Source: Octopus vulgaris (taxonomy: Eukaryota). Taken from it: 64,000 nt of DNA. A program made the position numbers and the translations under genes. Location: assembly GCA_951406725.2 (NCBI GenBank), contig OX597833.1, positions 52,514,001 to 52,578,000 on the forward strand, given 5' to 3'. Positions within the stretch are counted from its first letter, which is position 1. Each line of letters starts with the position of its first letter. The notes below the pieces were generated by a model that was given only the letters and a program-made list of their open reading frames with translations, searched no databases and had not been told where the DNA came from. Shown in pieces: positions 27,433-41,616 of the stretch.

Positions 27433-27550
27433 GTGATGACGTCACTGGTGCCAAGCTGTATCGGCCCCTTTGCCTTTCCTTTGGCGACAACATCGGTGGC
27501 GTGGAAAAGGGGGACTGGTATGCATGGGCGAGTGCTGGCCTTCCATAAAA
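27433..27550 (-). mobile_element. RTE-clade LINE 5' UTR-like fragment
   Basis: Reverse complement aaaggcaaaggggccgatacagcttggcaccagtgacgtc resembles RTE leader motifs (from memory). Confidence 0.4.
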
Positions 27551-28541
27551 GCAAACCCTATGTATGTATGTGTGTATGTATGTATGTATGTATGTATGTA
27601 TGTATGTATGTATGTATGTATGTATGTATGTATATGTATGTAGTTTTGTTTTATGTATGTATGGAAAATTTTGCAGGTTTGTATATGACTGAATGTATGC
27701 ATGTATGTATGTATGTATGTATGTATGTATGTATGTATGTATGTATGTATGTATGTATGCATGTATGTATGCATGCATGCATGTACGTATGTATGTATGT
27801 ATGTATGTATGTATGCATGTATGTATGTATGTATGTATGTATGTATGTATGTATGTATGTATGTATGTATGTATGTATGTATGTATGTATGTATGTATGT
27901 ATGTATGTATATATATATATGTATGTATGCATCTATGAATGTATGTGTGCAGATTTGCAATTTTTGTTTTATGTATGTATCCTTATGCATATAGTTGCAT
28001 GTCTAGAGACGCGCTATATACTTAAATGATAAACTTCTAGAAAATTTTACAGATTTTTATATGAATGAATACATGCATTCATGTATGTATGTATCTATGT
28101 ATGTACGTATGTATGTATGTATGTATGTATGTATGTATGTATGTATGTATGTATGTATGTATGTATGTATGTATGTATGTATGCATATAGTTATGTATGT
28201 ATGACACTAAATACGCATGAGACTACGTATGTATAACATACATCACTATTATGTTGAATAAACTTATGGATACCTAATAATCAATTAGTCTATCTTACTA
28301 TCTCTCACTCTCTCCGTGACACCTCCCTTTTTCTCTGTCGCTGCCCACCCTACCTGTCAATCTCGGTCTCTAGTTCTATGTCGTCCGTATCTATTAGCCA
28401 GGTTACTGTCGGTGCATTGGCAATGAGCGAAAAAGTCAAAGCGTCTACAGTGCATGTTGTCTGAGAGAAAATACACATGAGACCCCCGGTATGGGTATTC
28501 GGTGTAATTGACTAAGTCTGTTTAGTCATGGTATGCAATAT

Positions 28542-28588
<47 letters not shown>

Positions 28589-29044
28589 GACAGACAGACA
28601 GATAGACAGACTGACAGACAGACAGACAGACAGACAGGGAAGAGAGGGTAGGTCAGAAAGACAGACAGACCGAGATATTTGCTACATTCTAACACATTTC
28701 ACTGTAATTAATACATAAGAGATTTGAAGATATATAAAACATACTTAAACACGCGACAGGCTAGACATGGGCATACGCACGTATACATATAAGGACATAT
28801 TTACTCGCCAGAATCACACAAATACACACGCGCGCATACATACACACATACACACGCGTGTATATGTATTCACACACGTAGATACGCAGTCATAGAGATA
28901 CATCATAAAATACACTGATACACATGCACTTACATACATACATATAGATAGATAGATAACATACAAACAGACATATACAGACACATTTACATGCACGCAT
29001 ACATATAGATATACATCTTACCCATACACACACATACATATATG

Positions 29045-29270
29045 TTTCTTTAATACTCACAAGGGGTTAAACATAGAGGGGACAAACAAGGACAGACAAA
29101 CGGATTAAGACGATTACATCGACCCCAGTGCTTAACTGGTACTTAATTTATCGACCCCGAAAGGATGAAAGGCAAAGTCGACCTCGACGGAATTTGAACT
29201 CAGAACGTAGCGGCAGACGAAATAAGGCTACGCATTTCGCCCGGCGTGCTAACGGTTCTGCCAGCTCACC
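29045..29270 (-). mobile_element. Family A Nin-SINE
   Basis: Full reverse-complement copy. Confidence 0.85.
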
Positions 29271-29532
29271 TCCTCACATCCGCAGACATGTACCTGCTTA
29301 TTCTATGAAGCTTTATTCTCATTGGTTAATTATCCAATTCGATAAATGATAACGTAGCGCCACATTAAACTTTATTCCTTTTTTGTTGTTACTGTTGTTG
29401 TTATTATTTTCATTCTCTCTACAATCTTATCCAAGCTGACCTCTGACCGAAGGTCTCCTAGCCCTGACTTTTCCGTTCTATTTCTCAGTTTTGGTGCATC
29501 CATGAATATAACAAATATGTTTTTATCTTTTA

Positions 29533-29916
29533 CTAGCAGTATCGCCCGGCGTTGCTCGGGTTTGTAAGGGAAATAACTATATAGGCATTTTTAGAGAGTT
29601 ATAGCCAAAAAATAGCAAAAAATGCATTAAAAATGGAAAAAAAATTATGGTAAATTTTGTTTTAAATCGTTGACTCATCGTAGACATTTTTAGAGAGTTA
29701 CTTCCCTTAGCGAAAAAATGCATTAAAATGGAAAAAATTATGGTAAATTATTTTTAAAATCGTAGATTCATCGTAGACGCGCGCTAATACCCAGAAGGAC
29801 TCGATATGAATCACGACTATAAAATACCCGCTTTTGGTTGCACCGCAAAATGTGGGAGTAGTTAGGAATCTAAATCGTAGGAGACAGACACACAACTTCT
29901 CTTTTATATATAAAGA
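29533..29916 (-). mobile_element. Non-autonomous Helitron with internal duplication
   Basis: Same termini as 12544; the catttttagagagtta...tcatcgtagac block occurs twice. Confidence 0.8.
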
Positions 29917-30117
29917 TAAGTTTCAAGACAGCAGCCCAGTATGGACAAAGTCTAATGGTTGAAACAAGTTACAGATAAAAGATAGCATTCAGTGTGTCCT
30001 TCATTTCTTTATTGTTTTAAGACGGTAAAATGTAGTTTAATGGAATTTCGGCTTCTATTTCTAGCAAAACGAGCGGCTACGAAAAGACTCTGTTATGGCT
30101 CATTTTGATTTCACAAT

Positions 30118-30420
30118 GGAGGCACATGGCCTAGTGGTTAGAACAGCGGACTCGCGGTCGGTCGAGGGATCGCGTGTTCGAATCTCAAACCAGGCGGTGT
30201 GTATGTTTATGAGCGAAACACCTAAGCTCCACGCGGCTCCGGCAGAAGGTAATGGCGAACTTCTGCTGACTCTTTCGCCACAACTTTCTCTCACTCACTC
30301 CTGCATCTTGCAGCTCACTTGCGACGGACCGGCGTCCCGTCCAGGTGGGGAACCTATACGCCAAGGAAACCGGGAAACCGGCTCTTATGAGCCAGGTATG
30401 GCTCGAGAAGGAACAAACAA
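30118..30420 (+). mobile_element. SINE family B head with Meta-like tail
   Basis: 14-bp TSD cattttgatttcac at 30101-30114 and 30421-30434. Confidence 0.9.
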
Positions 30421-32029
30421 CATTTTGATTTCACGGGTTACCATTTCTCCATCTGCTTCATCTTTAAGGTCTGACTTATTCGCGGCTTTACTCTTATGGT
30501 TTACCCTGTCACACATTGAGATACAAGTGGCAGTGTGATGGAAGATCTGAAAAATTTTACGATGACCATTATCATCTATTTTTTTTTTCATAGAAGGAAA
30601 GCTGTGAGAAGGGCAGATAACATTTTGGTACCAACCCATCCGAGACTAACCATAGTTTTATGATACAAACTTCTTGATTTAAAATAATCTAAATAGAAAC
30701 CACCAATCAAAACTTCATTTTAATTTATGTTTCAAACACCACCTTAATAATGACTAAGTTATTTTACTAAATTCTTCTATATTCAAAATATATTTAAACA
30801 AATGCTGTGTGTCATTAGAGAAATATGATAAGAAAAGTGTGTGTGAACATAAGATGGTCTCTACCTTCGTAAACTTATCAAATATGTTTTAAAAAGAATT
30901 ATATGGTTTGAATGCCAACTCTATTTTGTTTTCTCATTAATAAAGACAGCAGGAGTGGAGACAAAATATTCGTTAATATTTGTGGGTGAGCAGGGGGTTA
31001 GTATTTGCCTCTTAGAGAAACACAGTTCCTGCACAAGAATGTAACAATCCTAAATTAACAACAAACGCAGGCAGGGGTCGCGTTGATGTGTTGGCAGATC
31101 ATTAGAGCGTAGGCTAAAATACATCGTGACGCTTGCTCCGAACCTATACATTATCAGTTCAAATGTCGCTAAAGTCAATTTTGCTTGTTCATCCCTTTCG
31201 GGATTGGAACAAATATTACCAACATAAGAAGATCGAATCTGGTGCCTTGCAATATTTTTTGGTACACTGAGTTCTGTGTTCAATTCCTACCATGACGTAC
31301 TTAGGTGATAAACTAAATCCATCGTCAGATTTAATACTACCAGCATCTTGAATACTTCGGGGCTAGGTCTCTGGTTTGAGGACATCTTCCTGTCAATTGC
31401 ACAAGCTGCGTAATATCTCATGGGCACTGCTTTCCATCCTGACTAAAAGATGAAAATAAATGCCTGATATGAGTAGCAGAGGTGAATCTTTTGAGTATGT
31501 AAGAATAAAGGATGGCAGAGAAAATACACAAAACAGCAGTGGTTGTTATTATTGATGTATTCCGTTTAAACCTAGTCATGCAGACCTGTTTTGAATTCAT
31601 TCCAGCCACGATTACTTTATGCCTTTTACCCTCGTTTATGAACGTAGGGAGTAAGTGGTGAGATTTTGGTAGCTATTTCTTGCAGGTCAAACGACTAATC
31701 AGTCTCTTTTACGATGGTTCAAGTTCGTTGTGCATGAGGTAGTATCAGAAAGAGAGAGCGGGGAGGCGACCAACAGACAGACAGACAGACAGGGAGATGG
31801 TTTACATTAAAAGAGCAACAAGATTTGAAAAATGGCCATGAGATTAGATTTAAAGCAATAAACATTTACAGAAATTTGGATAGATTAATATCTCGTGTTA
31901 GAAATGTTATTTTGAAGCCATTTATCTGTCAGTTGTTAAAGATCGTTTGATAAACCCCTGAACACTCGTAAAAAAAACTTACGAATTTTACGACAATCTG
32001 GAGGACTGCTTAATATTCTCCATGTTACT

Positions 32030-32223
32030 TATTTCTTTATTTTATACGTGTACCAGTCAGTAGACTGCGGCCATGCTGGAGCACCACAAGTACTTTTCTA
32101 TAAAGCCTGGTACTTAACCTATCAGTCTCTTATACCGAAAGGTTAAGTTTCGGGGATGTAAATAAACCAACACCAATTGTCATTTGGTGGTAGGACACTT
32201 ACACACACACATATATATGTATG

Positions 32224-32266
<43 letters not shown>

Positions 32267-32404
32267 GTCTGTATGTATATATATATGTATATAATAAGAT
32301 TAAGATTAATGTAAAAAATAAATAACACTGAAGCAAAGTAACACCAAATATATAGTGCGTGTGTTTTTATTGGCTAAACTGGCAAAATGACCATTCCTAA
32401 ATAT

Positions 32405-32461
<57 letters not shown>

Positions 32462-32560
32462 ACAGGCTTCTTTCAGTTTCAGTCAACTAAATTCACATAC
32501 AAGGTTTGGTCGGCCCGGAGTACGAGTAGAAGACAGTTGCCCAAGGTGTACTCAAAAGGT
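32030..32560 (-). mobile_element. Degenerate family C SINE
   Basis: gactgcggccatgctggagcacc tail and ttctttcagtttc head pieces. Confidence 0.6.
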
Positions 32561-32815
32561 CCCTGTATAAGGGCTGTTTAAGGATGATGAGCAAAACACA
32601 CATGTTCCCGGAGGTGAATTATTCAAACCTCCAAAGAATTCCTCTCAACACATGGATATGATGCTCCCCCCCACTACTTCTGCTGGTGATCGGAGATGCA
32701 CATAACATCACACATTAAGGTTCGTGCTCAACTGGTTATGGCTGAGCAACTGATAAGCAACTTACGGGTATGCATAACGATACGTTCGTAATACTCGTTC
32801 TTACTACCTAGCAGT

Positions 32816-33193
32816 GGAGGCGCAATGGCCCAGTGGTTAGGGCAGCGGACTCGCGGTCATAGGATCGCGGTTTCGATTCCCAGACCGGGCGTTGTGAGTG
32901 TTTATTGAGCGAAAACACCTAAAGCTCCACGAGGCTCCGGCAGGGGATGGTGGTGATCCCTGCTGTACTCTTTCACCACAACTTTCTCTCACTCTTACTT
33001 CCTGTTTCTGTTGTACCTGTATTTCAAAGGGCCGGCCTTGTCACTCTCTGTGTCACGCAGAATATCCCCGAGAACTACGTTAAGGGTACACGTGTCTGTG
33101 GAGTGCTCAGCCACTTACACGTTAATTTCACGAGCAGGCTGTTCCGTTGATTCGGATCAACCGGAACCCTCGTCGTCGTAACCGACGGAGTGC
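32816..33193 (+). mobile_element. SINE family B, full length
   Basis: Near-identical to the reverse complement of 2077-2456. Confidence 0.9.
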
Positions 33194-33237
33194 TTCCATC
33201 CAACTGTGAATGAACAGACATGTAATGAAAGTAGGTC

Positions 33238-33643
33238 TTTACTCTTTTCTCTTTTACTCTTTTACTTGTTTCAGTCATTTGACTGCGGTCATGCTGGAGC
33301 ACCGCCTTTTAGTCGAGCAAATCGACCCCGAGACTTATTCTTTGTAAGCCCAGTACTTATTCTATCGGTCTCTTTTGCCGAACCGCTAAGTGACGGGGAC
33401 GTAAACACACCAGCATCGGTTGTGAAGCAATGCTAGGGGGACAAACACAGACACACAAACACATACACACATACATATATATATATATATATACATATAT
33501 ACGACAGGCTTCTTTCAGTTTCCGTCTACCAAATCCACTCACAAGGCATTGTGACACTTGTCCAAGATGCCACGCAGTGGGACTGAACCCGGAACCATGT
33601 GGTTGGTTAGCAAGCTACTTACCACACAGCCACTTCTGCGCCT
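33238..33643 (-). mobile_element. Family C SINE
   Basis: Near full-length reverse-complement copy. Confidence 0.85.
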
Positions 33644-34304
33644 ATATGTCACATTCGTCTTTCTTCAGATAGTGTATCGAGAAGCACTACATTATAATGC
33701 ATCTATCCTCTTTCGAAGCAAAATTACATACACCTATTATAACATATTGAAAACATGGTGATTCTGACAGACACTTGAGGGTTTTGTGTCTTCGGCCAAC
33801 TTGATTCAATTCTGGTTACACAATACGATAAGAACTGGCGACATTTCAACTGGTAGTTCCACGCCCTTATCGGCTTAACCAAGATTCTGAAGTGCATCTC
33901 CTTTTGAAATAATAATTTAATTATAAAAGTTCAAATAAAAATTTCGCCACTCCAATTGTTTATTTAGCAATGAAGAATACATTATTTTAATTACTAAAAC
34001 ACGAACACTAAGAATCAATTAGATGTTTGTTTTATATAAATAAGATCTAAAGAGAAAAAGTTTTTAAAAGATTTTTTCGACTAGCCGCATTAATTAATTA
34101 AAATTTAGAAAGCTTAATGACTTCTTTCACGACCCGTTAATAGAATATTATATTTCTCGTCAAGTATTTCTTTTTATCATAGTTTTGAACTACAATATAT
34201 TTTGCTTTAATTGGGGAGTTTTTCTTACTCTTTATGTTGCTAGATTGGCTGTTGTTACTGGTGTTATTATCAAAGACTTTGTTGTTGTTAAACTATTTTC
34301 TTTA

Positions 34305-34652
34305 CTTTTTATTCTTTTATTTGTTTCCATCATTTGACTGCGGTCATGCTGGAGCACCGCCTTTCGTCGAACAATTCGATCGATCCCAGGACTTATTCCT
34401 TGTAAGCCTAGTATTTATTCTATCGGTCTCTTTTGCCGAAATGTTAAGTTACGGTTGTCAAGCGATGTTGGGGGAGGAGAAACACAGATACACAAACACG
34501 CACACACATATATACACATATATATGACGGGCTTCTTTCAGTTTCTGTCAACCAAATCCACTCACAAAGCCTTGGTCAGCCCGAGGCTATAGTAGAAGAC
34601 ACTTGCCCAGTCTGCCATGCAGTGGAACTAAACCCGGAACCATGTGGTTGGT
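34305..34652 (-). mobile_element. Family C SINE, head truncated by a LINE
   Basis: Ends abruptly at catgtggttggta where the LINE fragment starts. Confidence 0.8.
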
Positions 34653-34654
34653 AG

Positions 34655-35100
34655 GGCTCTCATTGAGTTCTTCAAGTTTCATTTGAAAAGGAAACAGAGT
34701 GAAGAGGAGAGTGCTGTCCTCGAATGAGTTTATTGAAAGTTGCGAAAATGGCAAGTGCAGATGGTACCTCTCTAAGTGTAGACCTGTGAGACGGAGAGAA
34801 AGAATTGGAGAGGGCACTTGCACTTGGGGCTTCAGGGAAATCTTGGACAGTGGGGTTCATCGATTATCCCAAGAGGCCTTCCTATATCAGGAAGGCCACA
34901 TCTCAATCATCGTCTCCGCCACTTTCTTCTTAACATTTGTATGCTATACATTTGTCCCTTCTTTTTCAGTCTATACCGTTATAGTTTCTTTTATTACTTT
35001 CCTTTCTTTATCACCATTTCATTATATGTTAATACCCCACACTTTATGTCAGTATTTGCATTGTCCCCTCCTCCTTCGCCTTGGTGGCAAATAAATGGAA
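34655..35100 (+). mobile_element. 3' fragment of a Tx1/L1-like LINE
   Basis: LIEFFKFHLKRK/VKRRVLSSNEFIE/KVAKMASADGTSLSVDL* then a UTR ending ttgtcccctcctccttcgccttggtggcaaataaa before (ATC)n; clade assignment from recalled resemblance. Confidence 0.5.
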
Positions 35101-35121
35101 TCATTACCATCATCATCATCA

Positions 35122-35194
<73 letters not shown>

Positions 35195-35202
35195 TATTAT
35201 TA

Positions 35203-35578
35203 CTTTTTTTTTCTTCTTTCAAATTTGCTTCCATTTCTTGCCGAGTGTCTTCCCGACTCCTAGGGCAAAGAAACTCATAGTATACATTGGTAGGCCATTA
35301 AACCAAACTCAATAGTTCGTTCATTTTTTTTTTTAAGTTAAATTATTATTATTATTATTCAGTAGTTTTATTTTTATAGCGTGCTTTCACTTCACTACCG
35401 AGCGCAGCTCTGTGTGCCTTGGGTATGTGCTGTGATTTGTTGTGATGCTCTGATGGTTATTGTATGGAAAGTGTTCTGTGTAGGATGTTCGCAGTGCCTA
35501 GTAGTGCAATTTTTTTGTATGTTATATGTGTTTGTAAGTCCTGGTGTTTTTGTTATGTATTTGTCTGAATATTTTTAT
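35203..35578 (-). mobile_element. Two tandem Dong/R4 3' ends within (TAA)n
   Basis: 35457-35578 reverse complement reads KYSDKYITKTPGLTNTYNIQK/IALLGTANILHRTLSIQ*; a second UTR-only piece at 35203-35325; TAA tracts on all sides. Confidence 0.7.
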
Positions 35579-35649
35579 TATTTTTATTATTATTATTATT
35601 GTTGTTGTTGTTATCATCATCATCATCATCATCATCACTATCATTACAG

Positions 35650-35850
35650 TGGTGAGCTAGCAGAATCGTTAGCACGCCGTACGAAGCGCTTAGCGGCATT
35701 TCGTTCGTCTTTACGTTCTGAGTTCAAATTCCGTTGAGGTTTGCTCTGCCTTTCATCCTTCCAGGTTCGATAAAATTAGTACTAACTGAACACTGGGGAC
35801 GATGTAACCGACCTAGTCCCTTTTCTGCGAAGTCACTGGCTGGCTTTGTT
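35650..35850 (+). mobile_element. Family A SINE, diverged
   Basis: ggtgagctagcagaatcgttagcacgcc head plus Nin-like body. Confidence 0.7.
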
Positions 35851-36101
35851 CCAAAACTCCGGATGATAATGCCAGCATTGTATTTTGCAATCAACAGATT
35901 CATTTGGCTAATCCCAGGTAAAATTAAAATCATGATTGTCGTCATTGTGACTTCATAAAATCCATTCCTGGATTAAATTCATGCAAATAGATGCAGCTTT
36001 GCTTCTTTAATTGTTTTTATTTATTTTTAATCCTTACCTTCAAGCTCTCAAACATCTAAATCGATGTGAGTGACCATAACTGTCATTGCTGCTGCTGCTG
36101 T

Positions 36102-36381
36102 CTTCTTCTGCTTCTTCTTCTTCTTCATCTTCTTCTTCTTCTTCTCGTCCTTCTTCTTCTTCTTCTTCTTCTTCTTCTTCTTCTTCTTCTTCTTCTTCTT
36201 CTTCTCGTCCTTCTTCTTCTTCTTCTTCTCCTTCTTCTCCTTTTCCTTCTTTTTCTCCTTCTCCTTCTTCTCCTTTTCCTTCTTCTTCTTCTTCTTCTCC
36301 TTTTCCTTCTTCTTCTTCTTCTTCTTCTTCTTCTTCTTCTTCTTCTTCTTCTTCTTCTTCTTCTTCTTCTTCTTCTTCTTC
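36102..36381. repeat. (TTC)n polypyrimidine microsatellite
   Basis: Direct inspection; the source of the poly-E/K/S/F/L ORFs. Confidence 0.95.
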
Positions 36382-37336
36382 CAATCAGGACTCACGCCAT
36401 TAGCCACAAAGAATAATCTCTAATTCGAGCCTACTCTAAGCTACTAAGAATGTGTGCGGCAACTTGAAGACCCACCCAATACACGCGATAGACTGGCGGT
36501 TGCACGGGTGCGAAAGCTACGTTGTTATCCTCATTCTGTAAACGGTGGCTTTTAACGGGTGGAGAGCTGACCATCCATGGGTACAGAGGATTCGCAATCT
36601 AGACTAGGGTCTGAAAGTTTACTACACCATAGTGGGTTACACGATGGTTCCTCTGCTTTGTGGCAGAAGTAGGAAGAAAGATTGAGAGAAAGTTGTGGTG
36701 AAAGAGTACAGCTCTGATAGGCTGTATGCAATTGAGTTCATTCCAGGAGTCCGAAACTCTTGTGGGAAAAAATATTTCGTATCCGGGACGTTGTGATTGC
36801 GAACGAATATTTTTAACAATTCGGCTATAGTTCCGCTACATGTCAAGTAATAATTCCTTATAAGTAAAGATAGCTTAAATATTGTAGTCTTAGCTCTGGA
36901 AAAAAACAAAAGATGGGATGCTTTTAATTCTGAGCGTGTGCTCTCTGATCGGACCTTGGGTTAAACAACAAGTGTTGGTATTTTACAATATTTAAAAGGA
37001 ATGTAGAAAAATCGTAACAAGAATTTCCAAATTGTGGGGAGAGTTATTTAAATTCCACATAAACTAACTTTAAATCAATAGATAACATCTCGCTATCCGG
37101 CGTCTTTCTTAAAACCTTGCCAACAATGGAAGCTAGAAAATATTCCAGATATTTTCGAAATAGTTTGAAAGATTTCCAAACATGAAAAAAAAAATGAATA
37201 AATAAATAAATAAATAAATTTTAAAAGTAAGTCAAACGTCAATCACGTTCAATAAAATTATTTCTGATTTAGAATTTTTAAGAAACCTTTTTGTTGGTGC
37301 TGTTAATATATTGAGTGTATTTCTATTTTTATTTTA

Positions 37337-37874
37337 TTGGGTTGTCCGGAAAGTTAGTGCCGATTTTTAAAGGAAAGAAAAAGGTCAATAAATACTTGCC
37401 GTTACCCAAGCTTTACCAGGTGCTCATGAACGACAGATTTTGACAGGTTGAGGCTTTCTGCCAATTCTTGAGTTGTGCAATGTGGGTTATTCTCAATTAA
37501 TGACTTGATTTGGTCATCATCTGTAGTGATCGCTCTTTATCAATAAGGCTACAATCGCCAGCTCGGAACCTTGCGAACCACTTCCGAACACTTCTTTCCG
37601 ATAAAGAAGCATCACTGTAAACTGCGAATATTTCTTTGGTTGCTTGGGAGGCATTTTTCCCTTTACGGAAAAAGAAAAGCATCAAGTGCCGAAAATGAAC
37701 TCTCTTGTCTTCCATTTTAAAGGGTTACTGAATTAACACAGGCTATAGGAACATAAACCTCCTTCCACGAAAAGATAGCTTAAACTGTGCTCTAAATGGA
37801 GGTGTAGTCAAATCCTATTTTATGGACTCAAACATGTTCTAAAATAAAGGTAAGCTACTATAAATGGGCACGAA
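37337..37874 (-). mobile_element. Internally deleted mariner element
   Basis: MEDKRVHFRHLMLFFFRKGKNASQATKEIFAVY...VRKWFARFRAGDCSLIDKERS (HTH N-terminus); TIR TA|ttgggttgtccggaaagttagtgccgattt at 37337 with partial mate aaatgggcacgaa at ~37862. Confidence 0.8.
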
Positions 37875-38248
37875 TACGGCTTTATGAATCTTTTGGTTCC
37901 AGAAAAACTATTGATCCTTTTTGTACTCTAATGAAACTGAATATTTCATGAAGTTGGTAACGGCTTAAAGCAATCAGTGAATTGATTGTTCATTCAGTTA
38001 GGAGAAACTAAGAGGACGATACTGCTTTTTTTTATTTTGTTTTTTTTTTTACATTATTTTTTTAAATTCCTAATTGAAACCATTTTTTACCTCGCATACA
38101 ACTGTAATATTATGTGAAACCATATGAATTTTACTTTCTCTAGTTTGACCTTATCACAAATTTTTACTGGGTTTTCCAAAACAGCAGATAATAATTATAA
38201 ATAGAGAAGTAGAGGATTTTGTCAAAGCAGATTTTGTTTGTTTATTTA

Positions 38249-38328
<80 letters not shown>

Positions 38329-38329
38329 A

Positions 38330-38380
<51 letters not shown>

Positions 38381-38829
38381 CATTATTATTATTATTACAT
38401 GTAGGTAAACATTGCGCACCCAACAAGAAACACTTTCTTACAAGCAAACAAAGTCGAGATTTCGCAGGAAGCTCCCTTCTGCCATGTTTAATGTCATTGC
38501 AGGCAATGATACGAACAATACAAGTTAACAAACCGGTCTTCTTTACGACACACAATCACATTAAATAGGAAAACTTAAATCTAAGCTCTTTTCATAACAA
38601 AATGCATTTGGTTATGTTTTTATTTTGTGATAAACAGTCCAATAACTAAGTTATACATGGACATATAGATGTAGGAGTGGCTGTGTGGTAAGTAGCTTGC
38701 TTACCAACCACATGGTTCCGGGTTCAGTCCCACTGCATGACATCTTGGGCAAGTGTATTCCACTAAAGCCGCGGGCCGACCAAAGCCTTGTGAGTGGATT
38801 TGGTAGACGGAAACTGAAAGAAGCCCGTC

Positions 38830-38901
<72 letters not shown>

Positions 38902-39120
38902 AAAAGGTAATAAAATAAATTATTATTACCGGTGATTTTATTACCTTTTTACTATGTTTACATATTACTCGATACATTTGTTCGTAGACCCTATACCAGA
39001 ACCCTCTCTGTTTGTCGGGTATGTTTTGCGTCTGCGCAATGGTCTGAAAAGTTAGAGAATGCAAGTCGGTAGAACCGCTCATGCTTCTAACGATATGTAC
39101 TTCTAGGATAACAAAGACTG

Positions 39121-39193
39121 CTTACTGAAAAGTCTAGCCTTGGCAGATAAATTATATTTTTCTGCTAAAAAAAAGACGAAACTGCAGTATAAG
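39121..39193 (+). ncRNA. Type I HHR with one core mutation (family 4) in element 38897-39297
   Basis: CUUA-CUGAAAA(G8 to A)-GUCU..AGAC-GAAA-CUGCAG-UA-UAAG; the element starts with a 20-bp inversion (38897-38916 / 38935-38954). Confidence 0.65.
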
Positions 39194-39294
39194 ATGAGCC
39201 GAGTTTGTAAACGTTTTTGATTTTCATTTCATTGAATTTATCCACTTTTTGTGTATCTAGTACTTGCTTCTTCTTTTAGAGGCCTTTTAATGTA

Positions 39295-39346
<52 letters not shown>

Positions 39347-39347
<1 letters not shown>

Positions 39348-39573
39348 TTTATTTAAAGCAGCAGAAAATTCAACAAAATCTGTTACTCTGAGTTTCTCGT
39401 TGCCGCTCATCAAACAGTTTTTGCTACCAAAAACTGTCTGATGAACGGCAACGAGGAACTCAGAGCAACAGATCTTGTTGAATTTTCTGCTGCTTTAAAT
39501 AAAGCATATTACTCTACCACTGGTATTTGAGTACTCTTTTTTCCACCTTGTTTCGCATTTATGTGTTTACTCC

Positions 39574-39575
<2 letters not shown>
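39347..39575. mobile_element. Fold-back (77-bp arms) with degenerate minimal HHRs (family 5)
   Basis: 39347-39423 is the reverse complement of 39428-39504; the arms imply CUGU-CUGAUGA-stem II-GAAA-CUCAGAG-UA-ACAG, each with different lesions. Confidence 0.7.
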
Positions 39576-39666
<91 letters not shown>

Positions 39667-40014
39667 TTGTGTGTCTGTGTTACTTCCCCCAACATTGCTT
39701 GACAACCGACGCTGGTGTGTTTACGTCCACGTAACTTAGCGGTTCGGCAAAACAGACCAATAGAATAAGTACTAGGCTTACAAAGGATAAGTCCTGGGGT
39801 CGATTTGCTCGACTAAAGGTGGTGCTCCAGCATGGCCACAGTCAAATGACTGAAACAAGTAAAAGAGAGCAAAAGAGAATATATGCAAATATATAAAACA
39901 TTTAGCGATCAGTGTTGTATGAAACTTGCATTTATAGTTGTTATTTAAGAATTCATTTCTGATTTTTTTTTACTAAGACTGTTTTATATCAGAATATTCA
40001 TAATGTGTGTGTGT

Positions 40015-40057
<43 letters not shown>

Positions 40058-40060
<3 letters not shown>

Positions 40061-40275
40061 GGAATTTCGTCGTTTACGACGACGAGGCTTCCAGTTGATC
40101 TGATCAACGGAACAGCCTGCTCGTGAAATTAACGTGCAAGTGGATGAGCACGCCACAGAGACGTGTACCCTTAACGTAGTTCTCAATGAGATTCAGCGTG
40201 ACACAGAGCATGACAAGGCTGGCCCTTTGAAATTATTATCGTGAGCCAAATTCTCTAATCACTAAGCCACGGGTC
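40058..40275 (-). mobile_element. Partial SINE (B-type tail)
   Basis: acgacgacgaggcttccagttgatctgatcaacggaacagcctgctcgtg. Confidence 0.75.
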
Positions 40276-40512
40276 TTGCATAAAAATTGAATGGGGTATT
40301 AAGTCACAAGAATACTCAGAGGGGTACATGCGATAAACGATTACAAATGCGTTTCCTTGGCCGTTCTTATTTCAGTATCAATGAAATTTGTATCGATGAA
40401 GTATTGGAATTGATCTAATCGACAATATTACTTCCACAAAATTTTGTAACTTTCTACCAATATTAGAAATAATTATACAATTTGCAGGGCATCGGTGTTA
40501 TTGAAGATAACG

Positions 40513-40927
40513 ACGGCGAGTTGTCAGAAACGTTAGCACACCGGCCGAAATGCTTAGCGGTATTTCGTCTGTCTTTACGTTCTGAGTTCAAATTCCGCCG
40601 AGGTCGACTTTGCCTTTCATCCTTTCGGGGTCGATAAATTAAGTGCTAGTTGCGTATTGGGGTCGTTCTAATTGACTGGCCCCATCCCCAAAATTTCCGG
40701 CCTTGTGCCTTGAGTAGAAAAGGAAGATAATGTTTTCTGTGCAAAAGGCATGACTTTGTGATAAGCAGCTTTCTTCCCCAACCATATGGTTCCGGGTTCA
40801 GTCCCACTGCGTGGCACCTCGGGCAAGTGTCTTCTACTATAGCCGCAGGCCGACCAAAGCATTGTGAGTGGATTTGGTTGACGGAAACTGAGAGAAGCCC
40901 GTCGTGTATATAAATCTATATGTGTGT

Positions 40928-40958
<31 letters not shown>

Positions 40959-41170
40959 CTTTTGTGTCTGTGTTTGACCCCCCCACCATCGCTTGACAAC
41001 CGATGTTGGTGTGTTTATGTCCCCAAAAGTTAGCAGTTCGGCAAAAATGGACCGATAGAATAAGTATTAGGCATACGAACAATACACTCTAGAGTCGATT
41101 TCTTCGACTGAAGGCCGTGCTCCAACATGGCCGCAGACAAAGGAGTGAAACATGTAAAGGAGTAAAAGAG
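40513..41170 (+). mobile_element. Family A SINE (40513-40725) followed by family C SINE (40745-41170)
   Basis: Both match other copies in the window. Confidence 0.8.
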
Positions 41171-41480
41171 TAAATTACAGACAATCGTTCATTTAAATTT
41201 AAATGTGGAGTATAAATTTTTTGCTGCAATACGAAGAAATATCGGTATACACTATTTTTTGGCAATTTAGTGATAGCCTTGTCATTCAAATTATATACAG
41301 GAATGTTTTAGTGAGCAGGCATGCGTATGCGTATGTGTTTGTGCACGCGCGCGTCGTGTTCCATATTTCTGGCTTTCTTTTGAGAATATTCAATAACATT
41401 GATTACGGAGATAGAATAAAACGCTTTAAGTGATACATGTAAGTAGGACGAGAATATTTCTCTCTTTCACCCTGACGACG

Positions 41481-41523
<43 letters not shown>

Positions 41524-41565
41524 TTATCTATCTTTCCCCATCCATCTATCTATCAATCTTTCTCC

Positions 41566-41616
<51 letters not shown>

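Larger units (their letters stand above)
38668..39879 (+). mobile_element. Family C SINE split by two HHR elements nested in its internal (TA)n
   Basis: Head 38668-38829, tail 39665-39879. Confidence 0.8.

Noticed and set aside
32816-32890. tRNA gene
   Set aside because: The tRNA-like A/B boxes run straight into a SINE body seen in several copies with TSDs.
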